Position numbers and translations under genes: made by a program. From assembly GCA_944391745.1 (NCBI GenBank), contig CALXUS010000003.1, positions 27,732 through 91,731 on the forward strand: a stretch of DNA of 64,000 bases. Direction: 5' to 3'. Below, piece by piece: positions 9,778 to 18,361 of this stretch (positions are counted from its first letter, which is position 1; every line of letters starts with the position of its first letter). Origin of the DNA: an uncultured Clostridia bacterium (GTDB taxonomy: Bacteria; Bacillota; Clostridia; TANB77; CAG-508). The notes under the pieces were generated by a model. That model was given only the letters and a program-made list of their open reading frames with translations. It was not told the DNA's origin and did no database searches.

Positions 9778-10428
9778 ATGCAGATTAAAATAGATTTAAA
9801 AATATTTGCAATAATCATAATATTTATAATAACAAAAAATATTGGAATTTATGCATTGTTAATGCTGTTTGCACTGATACATGAAATAGGACACTTAGTT
9901 TCAGGATTAATATTAGGATTCAAACCTAAGTCTATAAGTATAGCACCTTATGGATTTAAACTTGGTTTTCAAATTAATTGCATAGATTACAATAAAAAAA
10001 TAAAAAATGGAAATATGTTATCAATAAAAAAAATAATAATAGCCTTTGCAGGACCATTAACTAATATAATAAGTATATTTATTTTGTTTCTATTTAAAGA
10101 TTATATAGATTGCTATCAAAAAGCAATTTATGCAAATATTTTATTAGCATTATTCAATTTAATTCCTATTTATCCTTTAGATGGCGGAAGAATTTTTCAA
10201 GAATGTATACATATTTTTATTGGGCTTAGAAGTAGCTATATTTATACAAAAACAATTTCAAATATTAATGTAATTATTTTGACGGTTATTTCTAGTATAT
10301 TGATACTTTTATACAAAAATATTATTATTTTTGTAACAATTGTGTATTTGTGGCTTATTGTATTACAATGTAATAAAGAATTTAATATGAAAGAAATAAT
10401 ATATAAAAAAATTGATGAAAACATGTAA
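9778..10428 (+). CDS. spoIVFB: M50 site-2 metalloprotease, SpoIVFB-type (short, no CBS domain seen)
   Basis: Multi-TM protein with HEIGH (ALIHEIGHLVSG) and NLIPIYPLDGGRI motifs. Confidence 0.7.
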   Translation: MQIKIDLKIFAIIIIFIITKNIGIYALLMLFALIHEIGHLVSGLILGFKPKSISIAPYGFKLGFQINCIDYNKKIKNGNMLSIKKIIIAFAGPLTNIISIFILFLFKDYIDCYQKAIYANILLALFNLIPIYPLDGGRIFQECIHIFIGLRSSYIYTKTISNINVIILTVISSILILLYKNIIIFVTIVYLWLIVLQCNKEFNMKEIIYKKIDENM

Positions 10429-10540
10429 TAACAAAAATTAGTGGATAGTAACAATAAATTAACATAAAACACTTGAAATTCTTAACAGAATATGGTATAA
10501 TAAATTATACCAGTGATTAAAGAGAGGAGTCACAAATTAA

Positions 10541-10870
10541 ATGAGTAAAAAAATTAGTTTAAAAGATAGAATAAAAGATGCACTAAAAAGTGTACCATCA
10601 ATGTTTAAAGAAAGAGATGATGGGGAAGATGATGTAAGTTATCTAGATCCAGATTCTGAAGATGGAAAAAAATTAGCCGAAGAAATGGGAAAGGCTACAA
10701 AAAGAATAAATGAATTGGAAAAAGACCTTGCTAGTAGAATTAGAGTAGATACTAATCAATCAAAAAATACACCAAAAACTAATACTAAGGTAGAAGAACC
10801 AAATAAAACTCAAGGCAGAAACCAAGTTCAAACACAAAGTAAAGAAACAGAAAGAGAAATAGGAGATTAA
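10541..10870 (+). CDS. hypothetical highly charged protein
   Basis: ATG after GAGAGGAG. Lys/Glu/Asp-rich with no motif recognised. A hairpin (GGACCAAAT..ATTTGGTTC) follows. Confidence 0.5.
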   Translation: MSKKISLKDRIKDALKSVPSMFKERDDGEDDVSYLDPDSEDGKKLAEEMGKATKRINELEKDLASRIRVDTNQSKNTPKTNTKVEEPNKTQGRNQVQTQSKETEREIGD

Positions 10871-10994
10871 TCATAAAAAAGGACCAAATTTATTAATTAA
10901 TTTGGTTCTTTTAGTTTATTTTTCTTAAATTAATATTGAAAAATAAATTAAATTATATTAGTATATTATTAACAAAAGAAAGAAGGAACAAAGA

Positions 10995-11723
10995 ATGCAT
11001 AAGATAAAAAATGAAAATGGAATTACTTTATTAATATTAGTACTTACAATAGTAATTTTGGCACTAGTAAGTGTACCTATAATTATAAATACAACCGATA
11101 TACAAGAATTACAGAAATATACGTATTTTAAAGGAGATATAGATAAGTTACGAGAAGCAATAGAGGTAACTTATGCGGATATGAGTGATTTATCTACTAT
11201 AGGTCCTGAATTTACAGGAAATTTGAGTTTCTTAGGTGAATATCAGGGCGAAGATATGGTTGGAAATCCAAATGATAGTAATAAATATTATGTAATAAGT
11301 TTAAAAAAATTAAATTCATATATAGAAACTCCAATAGATTTAAAATATGGTACAGGAAATAAAGAAGAAACTTATGAAAATAATGAATATAGTGGTACAG
11401 ATGCATATATCATTAACGAAAGTACAAAAACTATCTATTATACAGATGGAATAAATTATAATGGTACAATATATTATAGATTACCAGAGACTTTTGTTAA
11501 ACAATCAGAAAGTTGTGTTATATCTTATGATGCAAATGGAGGAGATAATGCTCCTAGTATGCAAACAGTTGATAGAAATGAAATTATAACAGTTGGAATT
11601 GCACCAGAAAGAGAAGGTTATAATTTTTTAGGATATTTAGAAAATAATACTAATACAATGTATGAACCAGGAGATAAAATAACTGTTACAGGAAATATGC
11701 AATTTATAGCTCAGTGGCAATAA
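10995..11723 (+). CDS. signal-anchored protein with C-terminal Listeria-Bacteroides (Flg_new-type) repeat
   Basis: The N-terminus NG-ITLLILVLTIVILALV is pilin-like but lacks Glu at +5. The C-terminus ISYDANGGDNAP......PEREGYNFLGY......Y.PGD.I.V.G...F.AQW fits the repeat. Confidence 0.55.
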   Translation: MHKIKNENGITLLILVLTIVILALVSVPIIINTTDIQELQKYTYFKGDIDKLREAIEVTYADMSDLSTIGPEFTGNLSFLGEYQGEDMVGNPNDSNKYYVISLKKLNSYIETPIDLKYGTGNKEETYENNEYSGTDAYIINESTKTIYYTDGINYNGTIYYRLPETFVKQSESCVISYDANGGDNAPSMQTVDRNEIITVGIAPEREGYNFLGYLENNTNTMYEPGDKITVTGNMQFIAQWQ

Positions 11724-11730
11724 TTTTTTT

Positions 11731-11775
11731 AGGTTGTCAAGAAAAAAAGCATAACCCCTTGACAACCTTTTAATA
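11731..11775 (+). terminator. rho-independent terminator
   Basis: AGGTTGTCAAG (11731-11741) pairs with CTTGACAACCT (11758-11768). A T-rich tract follows. Confidence 0.7.
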
Positions 11776-11788
11776 TTTATTGTATAAT
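11759..11788 (+). promoter_or_regulatory. sigma-A-type promoter for the tRNA gene; the -35 lies inside the terminator stem
   Basis: TTGACA 11759-11764, 18-nt spacer ending in TG, TATAAT 11783-11788. It lies ~20 nt upstream of the tRNA 5' end. Confidence 0.55.
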
Positions 11789-11807
11789 ACATATTGTTGT
11801 TAACTAT

Positions 11808-11884
11808 GGCGAAGTAGCTCAGTTGGCTAGAGCATCCGGTTCATACCCGGCAGGTCAAGAGTTCGAATCTCCTCTTCGCCACCA
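11808..11884 (+). tRNA. tRNA with anticodon CAU (elongator Met-like; Ile2/lysidine not excluded)
   Basis: Cloverleaf folded by hand. Acceptor GGCGAAG/CTTCGCC, D stem GCTC/GAGC, anticodon loop TTCATAC, T loop TTCGAAT, encoded CCA. There are two stem mismatches (27:43 T.C, 50:64 A.C). Confidence 0.8.
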
Positions 11885-11901
11885 ATTTTATAATAATTAA
11901 A

Positions 11902-11943
11902 AAACTAATATATTTCAGCAAGATTGAATATATTAGTTTTTTT
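11902..11943 (+). terminator. rho-independent terminator after the tRNA
   Basis: AAACTAATATATTC (11902-11915) pairs with GAATATATTAGTTT (11925-11938), followed by a T-run. Confidence 0.75.
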
Positions 11944-11969
11944 GATTTATTTAAAAGATTGTGCTATAA
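11941..11969 (+). promoter_or_regulatory. sigma-A-type promoter TTGATT-17-TATAAT (TGn-extended) for ORF 12035
   Basis: TTGATT 11941-11946, TGC then TATAAT 11964-11969. Confidence 0.5.
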
Positions 11970-12034
11970 TATATTTACACTTAGAAGTATAAATAGTCCT
12001 TAACAAATATCATCAATGGAACGGAGGCAACATA

Positions 12035-12325
12035 ATGGATTTATTGTTTAGAATTCTGGGTGACGCTATCAGCCTGACAGCGTATTTGTACGTAACTTTC
12101 ATCATGAACTGCTTGGAGCTCGTAGGTCAAATCTTTGGAGGGTTTATTGCACACGTATCTTTTGAGAATTTTATAGCTGTTCTTTTGGCTGTATTTCTTA
12201 TTTTTATGGTAGTGTGCATGCACGTGTTCGTGATTGTCTTTATCTGGCATGTTGTCAAGGGCATTGTGATGTTCTTCTTTGGGCTCGTAAAAAAATTATT
12301 CAACTTTATCACAGGCAGAAGGTGA
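12035..12325 (+). CDS. small hydrophobic membrane protein (orphan cassette B, 96 aa)
   Basis: ATG after GGAGG. About three predicted TM segments (e.g. FIAVLLAVFLIFMVVCMHVFVIVFIW). Hand count is ~39 % G+C over 12061-12300. Other frames are open here only because of the higher G+C. Confidence 0.55.
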   Translation: MDLLFRILGDAISLTAYLYVTFIMNCLELVGQIFGGFIAHVSFENFIAVLLAVFLIFMVVCMHVFVIVFIWHVVKGIVMFFFGLVKKLFNFITGRR

Positions 12326-12343
12326 TATTTGGAGGGACCAAAA

Positions 12344-12390
12344 GAGGTCAAATATGGTTGTTGTTGCAACTATATTTGGCCTCACTTTTA
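12344..12390. terminator. hairpin between convergent ORF 12035 and ylbJ
   Basis: GAGGTCAAATAT (12344-12355) pairs with ATATTTGGCCTC (12372-12383) with one mismatch. Confidence 0.5.
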
Positions 12391-12392
12391 TG

Positions 12393-13424
12393 TTACAAGT
12401 TAAAATTAAACATTGGAATTTGTAATATTACAAATGTGTAAGCTATGGCAAAAATAGCTTGAAGAAATTTTCCTATTATATAAGGTCTTATGGATAGTTT
12501 TGCCTTAGATACTACACTTAGAATTTGGAGCATTACAGATAATCCACCAAAACCTAATAAAAATGCACAAATTAAAATATTTGTAGAAATATATTTAGTA
12601 TGTATATTACAAACTGTGTTTAATCCATTTGTAAGTTCTATTGTTCCAGATAAAATCCCGGAGATAAAATTTTCATTTCCAAATATAGAACCTAATATAG
12701 TTGATAGTGCTTTTAAAATTCCGGAAGTTTTTAGTATAGAGATTATTACAGAAAATATTACTACAAATCCGCCAATCATTAAAAGAGTTCTAATACTATT
12801 TATTATGCTATTAGCTAAAATTTCTCCAAGGTTAGTGAAATTTATATTCTTAGTATTAATTTTTATATAATCATTATTTAAATTTTTATATTTATTTCCT
12901 ATTTTTTTACCAAAAATAATTCCAACAGATAAAGATGCTAAAATATGTGTAAATAACAATATAAGACCAATAGTTGTACTTCCGAACATGGAAATACCAA
13001 CAGTACCAATAATGAATAATGGGCCTGAATTATTTGTGTAAGCAAGCATAAGTTCGGCTTCTCTCTTACTGCATAAGCCTTCTTTATAAATCTGACATAC
13101 TGTTTTAGCTCCTATAGGATATCCACTTATCATACCTAGTATTAATGGGTATGCTGTGCATCCAGGCATATTAAAAATTGGACGCATGAATTTATCTAAT
13201 TTTCGGCTAATATAATTAACAATATTAGTATAGCTTAAAAGCTCCGTTGCAACTAAAAAAGGAAATAATGATGGAACAACTGAATTAGCCCATAAATTTA
13301 ATCCTGCTTTAGTGGCTGATAAGTTGCTTGATGAAAAAATAAGTAGGCACAGCACAAATAGTAAAAATATTATAGGAAAGATATTCTTTTTTAAAGATAT
13401 ACAATAAAATTTTAAATTTCTCAT
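12393..13424 (-). CDS. ylbJ: sporulation integral membrane protein YlbJ (nucleoside-recognition-domain family)
   Basis: GL.LW...V.PSLFPF.V..ELL.......I...L...M.P.F..PG..A....LG..SGYP.GAK.......G.....EAE....Y.NNSGPLFI.GTVG is the characteristic N-terminal half. Confidence 0.75.
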   Translation of the reverse strand: MRNLKFYCISLKKNIFPIIFLLFVLCLLIFSSSNLSATKAGLNLWANSVVPSLFPFLVATELLSYTNIVNYISRKLDKFMRPIFNMPGCTAYPLILGMISGYPIGAKTVCQIYKEGLCSKREAELMLAYTNNSGPLFIIGTVGISMFGSTTIGLILLFTHILASLSVGIIFGKKIGNKYKNLNNDYIKINTKNINFTNLGEILANSIINSIRTLLMIGGFVVIFSVIISILKTSGILKALSTILGSIFGNENFISGILSGTIELTNGLNTVCNIHTKYISTNILICAFLLGFGGLSVMLQILSVVSKAKLSIRPYIIGKFLQAIFAIAYTFVILQIPMFNFNL

Positions 13425-13561
13425 AGAATAAATATATGCATGTACTAGTATAATATGCTAGAAAAGTTTAAGAGTTGATAATATTGCAAAATTGTGGTAA
13501 AATAGTAGGCATAAGAATACTATATGAGAAAGCCAATATAGTTTATAGAGGGAGACTTAAA

Positions 13562-16500
13562 ATGAATTATATATTAAGAGATTTGGCTTCAACACAAAAA
13601 TATAAAGAATTTAAAGAAAAGTTATTAGCTAAAAAATACCCGGTAGAATTATCGGGTTTAGTTTCAGTGGTAAAATCTGCAGTAATTGGAGCATTGTATG
13701 AAGAAGAAAAGTGCCCTATCTGTATAATTACTTATAATGAAATGCAAGCTAAAGAAATTGAAAAGAATTTAAGTGGATTTATAGATAAAGTAAAATATTT
13801 TCCAAAAAGGGAAATTGCATTATATGATTATGATGCTGAAAGTAATGATGTTGAATTTGAAAGAATTAAAATTTTAAATAGCATACATAGTAAAAAACTT
13901 AAAGTTGTTATAACAACAATAGAAGCAGTTATGCAAAAAATGATTGCTAAAGAAACTTTGTATAATACAGTACTTAAATTTAATATTACAGATACAATAA
14001 GCCATGAAGAAATGAAAAAAGATCTTATTCTTATGGGATATAAAAGAGTTGATTTAGTAGAGAATAAGGGAGAATTTAGTGTTAGAGGCGATATTGTAGA
14101 TATTGGTTTAAATGACAATGAAGGTGTAAGGATTGAATTTTGGGGTGATGATATTGACTCTATAAGAAAATTTAAAATATCTTCACAAAGATCCACAGAT
14201 ATGTTAAAAACTGTGGAAATTTATCCTGCAACTGAAATGATTTTGGAAGACTCTGTTCAAAGTATTATAAAAAGAATAGAACAATTAAAAAATTATTCTG
14301 AAGAAGATATAGAGATTATTCAAAATGGAGATTACACTACAAGAATAGATAAATATTTTAACGAATTTTATACAAAACAAAATAGTTTTTTAGATTATAT
14401 ACCAGACTTTTATATATTTTTAGATGAGAAAGAAAAAATTGAACAAAGAATAGATGCAATACAAAAGGAAAATAAGAATTTAGAAAAAGCTTTAATTGAA
14501 AAAGAAAAGCCAGTTCCAGAGTCATTAGAAAATTTAAATGATTATAAATTTAATATAGATAATGCAATAAATTTATATGAACATAATACTTTAAAAGATG
14601 ATTTAAATACAAAAGAAATTAATTTAGTAAAAGGTGATGTTAAAGATTTAGAAGAAAGAATTAAAGAATATATAAAAAACAATAAAAGGGTTATTATTTT
14701 AGCCGGAGATAAAGATAATAGTACAAAAATAAAGAATGCATTAGATGATACTGTTATTTATACAGATTCATTGGATAATATAAACCTAAGACCAGGCGAA
14801 ACCGTTATAAGTGAAGGAGCACTAACTACCGGTTTTGAAAATTTAGATACAAATTTAGTTGTATTAAGTAGTGATGAGTTTTTCTACAAAAATGTAAAGA
14901 GAAAGAAAGTATCAGATACTTTTAAAAATGCTGAAAAAATTGTTTTTGCAGATTTAAAAGTGGGAGATTACATTGTACATAAAAATCATGGTATAGGAAT
15001 TTTTACTGGTGTTAATACAATAAAGGTTGATGGAGTTACTAAAGATTTTATACAACTAAAGTATCGAGATGGAGATATGTTATATGTCCCAACAGAAGAC
15101 TTAGATAATGTGCGTAAATATATTGGTGCTGAGGGAAATTTAAAATTAAATAAGCTTGGTACAAAAGATTGGGAAAAAACAAAAGCAAAAGTTAAAGGTA
15201 ATTTAAGAGCTGTTGCAAAAGAGCTGATTGAGTTATATGCAAAAAGAGAACATGCTAAAGGATTTGCTTTTTCAAAAGATACAGTTTTTCAAAAACAGTT
15301 TGAAGATAGTTTTGAATATACAGAAACAAATGATCAGTTAAGATGTATTGAAGAAGTAAAAAAAGACATGGAAAATCCAAGACCTATGGATAGACTTCTT
15401 TGTGGGGATGTTGGTTATGGTAAAACCGAAGTCGCAATAAGAGCAGCATTTAAAGCTGTTATGGATAGTAAGCAAGTTGCTTATCTAGCACCAACTACTA
15501 TTTTGGCAAGTCAACAGTATCAAGAGTTTAAGGAAAGAATGGCTGAATATCCAATAACAATAGAGTTATTAAATAGATTTAAAACGCAAAAACAACAAAA
15601 AGAAATTGTTGAAAAAATAAAACAAGGAAAAGTAGACATTATAATTGGAACACATAGAATTTTAAGTAAAGACGTTGAGTTTAAGGATTTAGGTCTTTTG
15701 ATTATAGATGAAGAGCATAGATTTGGTGTTAAAGATAAAGAAAAAATTAAACAATATAAATCTACAATAGATGTACTTACAATGACTGCTACTCCTATTC
15801 CTAGAACTCTTCAAATGTCGGTAGTAGGAATTAGGGATATGTCAGTTATATATGAGCCACCACAAAATAGAAAACCTATTCAGACTTATGTATTGGAATA
15901 TGATAAAGAAGTTATAAAAGAAGCAATTACAAAAGAGTTAGAAAGAAATGGCCAAGTATTTTATATTTATAATATAGTAGGAACTATAGCTACAAAGGCA
16001 TTAGAGCTACAAAAATTAGTGCCTGAAGCGAGAATAGCTTTTGCTCACGGAAAAATGAGTGGTAGTGAAATTGAAGATATTATGCAAGATTTTATTGATG
16101 GAGAAACTAATGTATTAGTTTGTACAACAATATTAGAATCTGGTATAGATATTCCAAATGCTAATACAATTATAGTTGAAAATGCAGATAAATTTGGGTT
16201 AGCCCAACTTTATCAAATTAGAGGTAGAGTAGGAAGAAGTGATAAACAGGCTTATGCATATATAACATATAAAAGAGATAAAATGCTTTCAGAAGATGCA
16301 ACGCAAAGGTTAAAAGCTATAAAAGAATTTACTGAATTTGGTTCAGGATTTAAAATAGCTACAAGAGATTTACAGATAAGAGGTGCTGGAAGTATATTTG
16401 GAGAAATGCAACATGGACATATAGAACAAATTGGTTATGATATGTATAATAAACTATTAAATGAAGTTGTAAAGGAAATGAAAGGTGAAAAAGTAGAAGA

Positions 16501-16924
16501 AGAGGAAGAAATTACAATAGATTTAAATATTTCTTCATATATACCAGAAGAATATATAGAAGATTCTAGTCAAAAAATAGAAGTTTATCAAGATATAGCA
16601 AGCGCTAAATCAGAAGAAGATGTTCAAAATATTATTGATGAAATAATAGATAGATATGGTGAAATGCCAGAAGAAGTATATAATTTATTGGAAATTGCTC
16701 GAATTAAGAATTTATGTAGAAAAGCAAATGTTTCTAAATTACAACAAAAACAAAAAGATGTAGTTATATTTTTTAAAACTCTTAGTGATGAAAATTTAAG
16801 AGATATTATATTGAAATATAAAACAAAAGTTAAATTTTCGCCAGGAGAAAAATCTTATGTTACATTAAAAATCGAAAAAAATGTAATTAAAGAATTAAAA
16901 GAGTTTTTAGATTGTATAAAATAA
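13562..16924 (+). CDS. mfd: transcription-repair coupling factor Mfd
   Basis: CarD-like RID (GDYIVHKNHGIGIF), helicase motifs GDVGYGKTEVA, DEEHRFGV, TATPIPRT, QLYQIRGRVGR, and the TRG region. Start moved to ATG 13562 after AGAGGGAG; track start 13475 is over-extended. Confidence 0.95.
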   Translation: MNYILRDLASTQKYKEFKEKLLAKKYPVELSGLVSVVKSAVIGALYEEEKCPICIITYNEMQAKEIEKNLSGFIDKVKYFPKREIALYDYDAESNDVEFERIKILNSIHSKKLKVVITTIEAVMQKMIAKETLYNTVLKFNITDTISHEEMKKDLILMGYKRVDLVENKGEFSVRGDIVDIGLNDNEGVRIEFWGDDIDSIRKFKISSQRSTDMLKTVEIYPATEMILEDSVQSIIKRIEQLKNYSEEDIEIIQNGDYTTRIDKYFNEFYTKQNSFLDYIPDFYIFLDEKEKIEQRIDAIQKENKNLEKALIEKEKPVPESLENLNDYKFNIDNAINLYEHNTLKDDLNTKEINLVKGDVKDLEERIKEYIKNNKRVIILAGDKDNSTKIKNALDDTVIYTDSLDNINLRPGETVISEGALTTGFENLDTNLVVLSSDEFFYKNVKRKKVSDTFKNAEKIVFADLKVGDYIVHKNHGIGIFTGVNTIKVDGVTKDFIQLKYRDGDMLYVPTEDLDNVRKYIGAEGNLKLNKLGTKDWEKTKAKVKGNLRAVAKELIELYAKREHAKGFAFSKDTVFQKQFEDSFEYTETNDQLRCIEEVKKDMENPRPMDRLLCGDVGYGKTEVAIRAAFKAVMDSKQVAYLAPTTILASQQYQEFKERMAEYPITIELLNRFKTQKQQKEIVEKIKQGKVDIIIGTHRILSKDVEFKDLGLLIIDEEHRFGVKDKEKIKQYKSTIDVLTMTATPIPRTLQMSVVGIRDMSVIYEPPQNRKPIQTYVLEYDKEVIKEAITKELERNGQVFYIYNIVGTIATKALELQKLVPEARIAFAHGKMSGSEIEDIMQDFIDGETNVLVCTTILESGIDIPNANTIIVENADKFGLAQLYQIRGRVGRSDKQAYAYITYKRDKMLSEDATQRLKAIKEFTEFGSGFKIATRDLQIRGAGSIFGEMQHGHIEQIGYDMYNKLLNEVVKEMKGEKVEEEEEITIDLNISSYIPEEYIEDSSQKIEVYQDIASAKSEEDVQNIIDEIIDRYGEMPEEVYNLLEIARIKNLCRKANVSKLQQKQKDVVIFFKTLSDENLRDIILKYKTKVKFSPGEKSYVTLKIEKNVIKELKEFLDCIK

Positions 16925-16930
16925 AAAGAA

Positions 16931-16950
16931 TGCCGTGGAAGACCACGGCA
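16931..16950. terminator. GC-rich hairpin shared by convergent mfd and ORF 16975c
   Basis: TGCCGTGG-AAGA-CCACGGCA. Confidence 0.6.
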
Positions 16951-16974
16951 CTGAAATGGAATAAGACATTATTA

Positions 16975-17328
16975 TTAATCAAAAGAAAGCTGTTCCCAAT
17001 CTGGAGGAGTGACCACATAAGAATTGTTAAATTTTTTTATTCGTGCCTCCAGAATGTTTACTTTTTTACCTGAGATTGAATAATAAAAGTCTTCTTTTAC
17101 AGAAATCTTTTTCTGTGGAAGTGTGCATGTATCTTTGACCGGACATGTATTGCATAGATTGCAATATACTGGTTTTGGTTGAGAATTATGTTGTACTGCA
17201 CAATCGCTTGAAAAAGATTTTTGATGGCTATAGGGTGACGGCTTTTTGTAGTCCCTATTAAGAATCTTGCATGATTCCTTGTAGGTGCATTCCATACAAA
17301 AGCGTATATACTGTTCTGCACTGACCAT
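16975..17328 (-). CDS. Cys-rich hypothetical protein (orphan cassette C, 117 aa)
   Basis: ATG preceded by AGGAGAGGG. Cys pattern CxxC..C ... C ... CxxCxxC.....C. Hand counts are 33-40 % G+C per 60 nt. Confidence 0.55.
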   Translation of the reverse strand: MVSAEQYIRFCMECTYKESCKILNRDYKKPSPYSHQKSFSSDCAVQHNSQPKPVYCNLCNTCPVKDTCTLPQKKISVKEDFYYSISGKKVNILEARIKKFNNSYVVTPPDWEQLSFD

Positions 17329-17363
17329 TGTATCCCTCTCCTATACAAAATTATGTAATCTTA

Positions 17364-17392
17364 ATTATACTATAAAACCAGCAAAAATGCAA
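17364..17392 (-). promoter_or_regulatory. sigma-A-type promoter TTGCAT-17-TATAAT for ORF 16975c
   Basis: On the minus strand, TATAAT is the complement of 17364-17369 and TTGCAT is the complement of 17387-17392. Confidence 0.45.
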
Positions 17393-17409
17393 ATTTGAAA
17401 GGAAAAAAG

Positions 17410-18165
17410 ATGATTATTTCAAGTAAAGATAATGAAATTATAAAAAAAATAAGAAAGTTAAAAGAAAAGAAATATAGAAAAGATAAATTTATAGTCGAAG
17501 GAATAAAAATGCTTAAAGAAGCAATAATTGAAAAAGTAAGTATTGATATGATTGTTATCAGAGAAGGGGTTGTCCTAGATGTAGATTTATCTGGATTTAA
17601 TTGTATAACTGTAACAGAAAAAGTATTTAATACTTTAACTGATGTAGTGTCACCACAAGGAATTATTGCCATAATTAACAAAAGAACTAATAATGAAATA
17701 GATAAAAATGCAGAATATATACTTGCATTAGATGGAATTCAAGATCCAGGTAATTTAGGAACAATTATTAGAACAGTAGATTCTGCAAATTTAAAACAAA
17801 TTATTGTATCAAGAAATACAGTAGATGCTTATAGTCCAAAAGTAATAAGATCAACTATGGGAGCTATTTACAGAGTAAATATAGTTGAAGTAGATGATTT
17901 AGCAAAAAAACTAACTGATATGAAAGAAAATGGCTTTAAAATAATAACAACTTCACTTGATACGAAAAATAATATTTATGATATATCTTATGATAAATCA
18001 ATTGTTGTTATTGGAAATGAAGCCAATGGAGTTAGTAGTGAAGTTCAAAATGTTGCAGATTATAAAGTAAAAATACCAATGTTGGGGAAAACTGAAAGTT
18101 TAAATGCTTCTGTTGCAACAGGAATAATGATATATGAGTATGTTAGAAGAAAATTAAATGATTAA
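17410..18165 (+). CDS. TrmH/SpoU-family RNA 2'-O-methyltransferase
   Basis: LDGIQDPGNLGTIIRT, VIGNEANGVS and ESLNASVATGI are the three SpoU motifs. ATG 17410 is preferred over TTG 17395. Confidence 0.85.
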   Translation: MIISSKDNEIIKKIRKLKEKKYRKDKFIVEGIKMLKEAIIEKVSIDMIVIREGVVLDVDLSGFNCITVTEKVFNTLTDVVSPQGIIAIINKRTNNEIDKNAEYILALDGIQDPGNLGTIIRTVDSANLKQIIVSRNTVDAYSPKVIRSTMGAIYRVNIVEVDDLAKKLTDMKENGFKIITTSLDTKNNIYDISYDKSIVVIGNEANGVSSEVQNVADYKVKIPMLGKTESLNASVATGIMIYEYVRRKLND

Positions 18166-18361
18166 TTCTATTGAATTTAATTATTAATTGTAGTGCATTT
18201 AAAAGTTTAGAAGATTCGAAAAATAAAAAATATATAAGAATAGATTTTTTAGAGGTTAAATTAAATAAAAAGTCAAAAGGTTTTTAAAAAATAATAAAAT
18301 ATATTTACTTTTTTTATTTACTTATATTATAATAAAATAAAATTAAAGAAGGGGATAAATT

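Noticed and set aside
12041-12441. Three additional ORFs overlapping cassette B (12041-12250c, 12127-12369c, 12214-12441).
   Set aside because: They are open only because the higher G+C removes stop codons. Only 12035-12325 has a promoter, an SD, a coherent TM pattern and a downstream hairpin.
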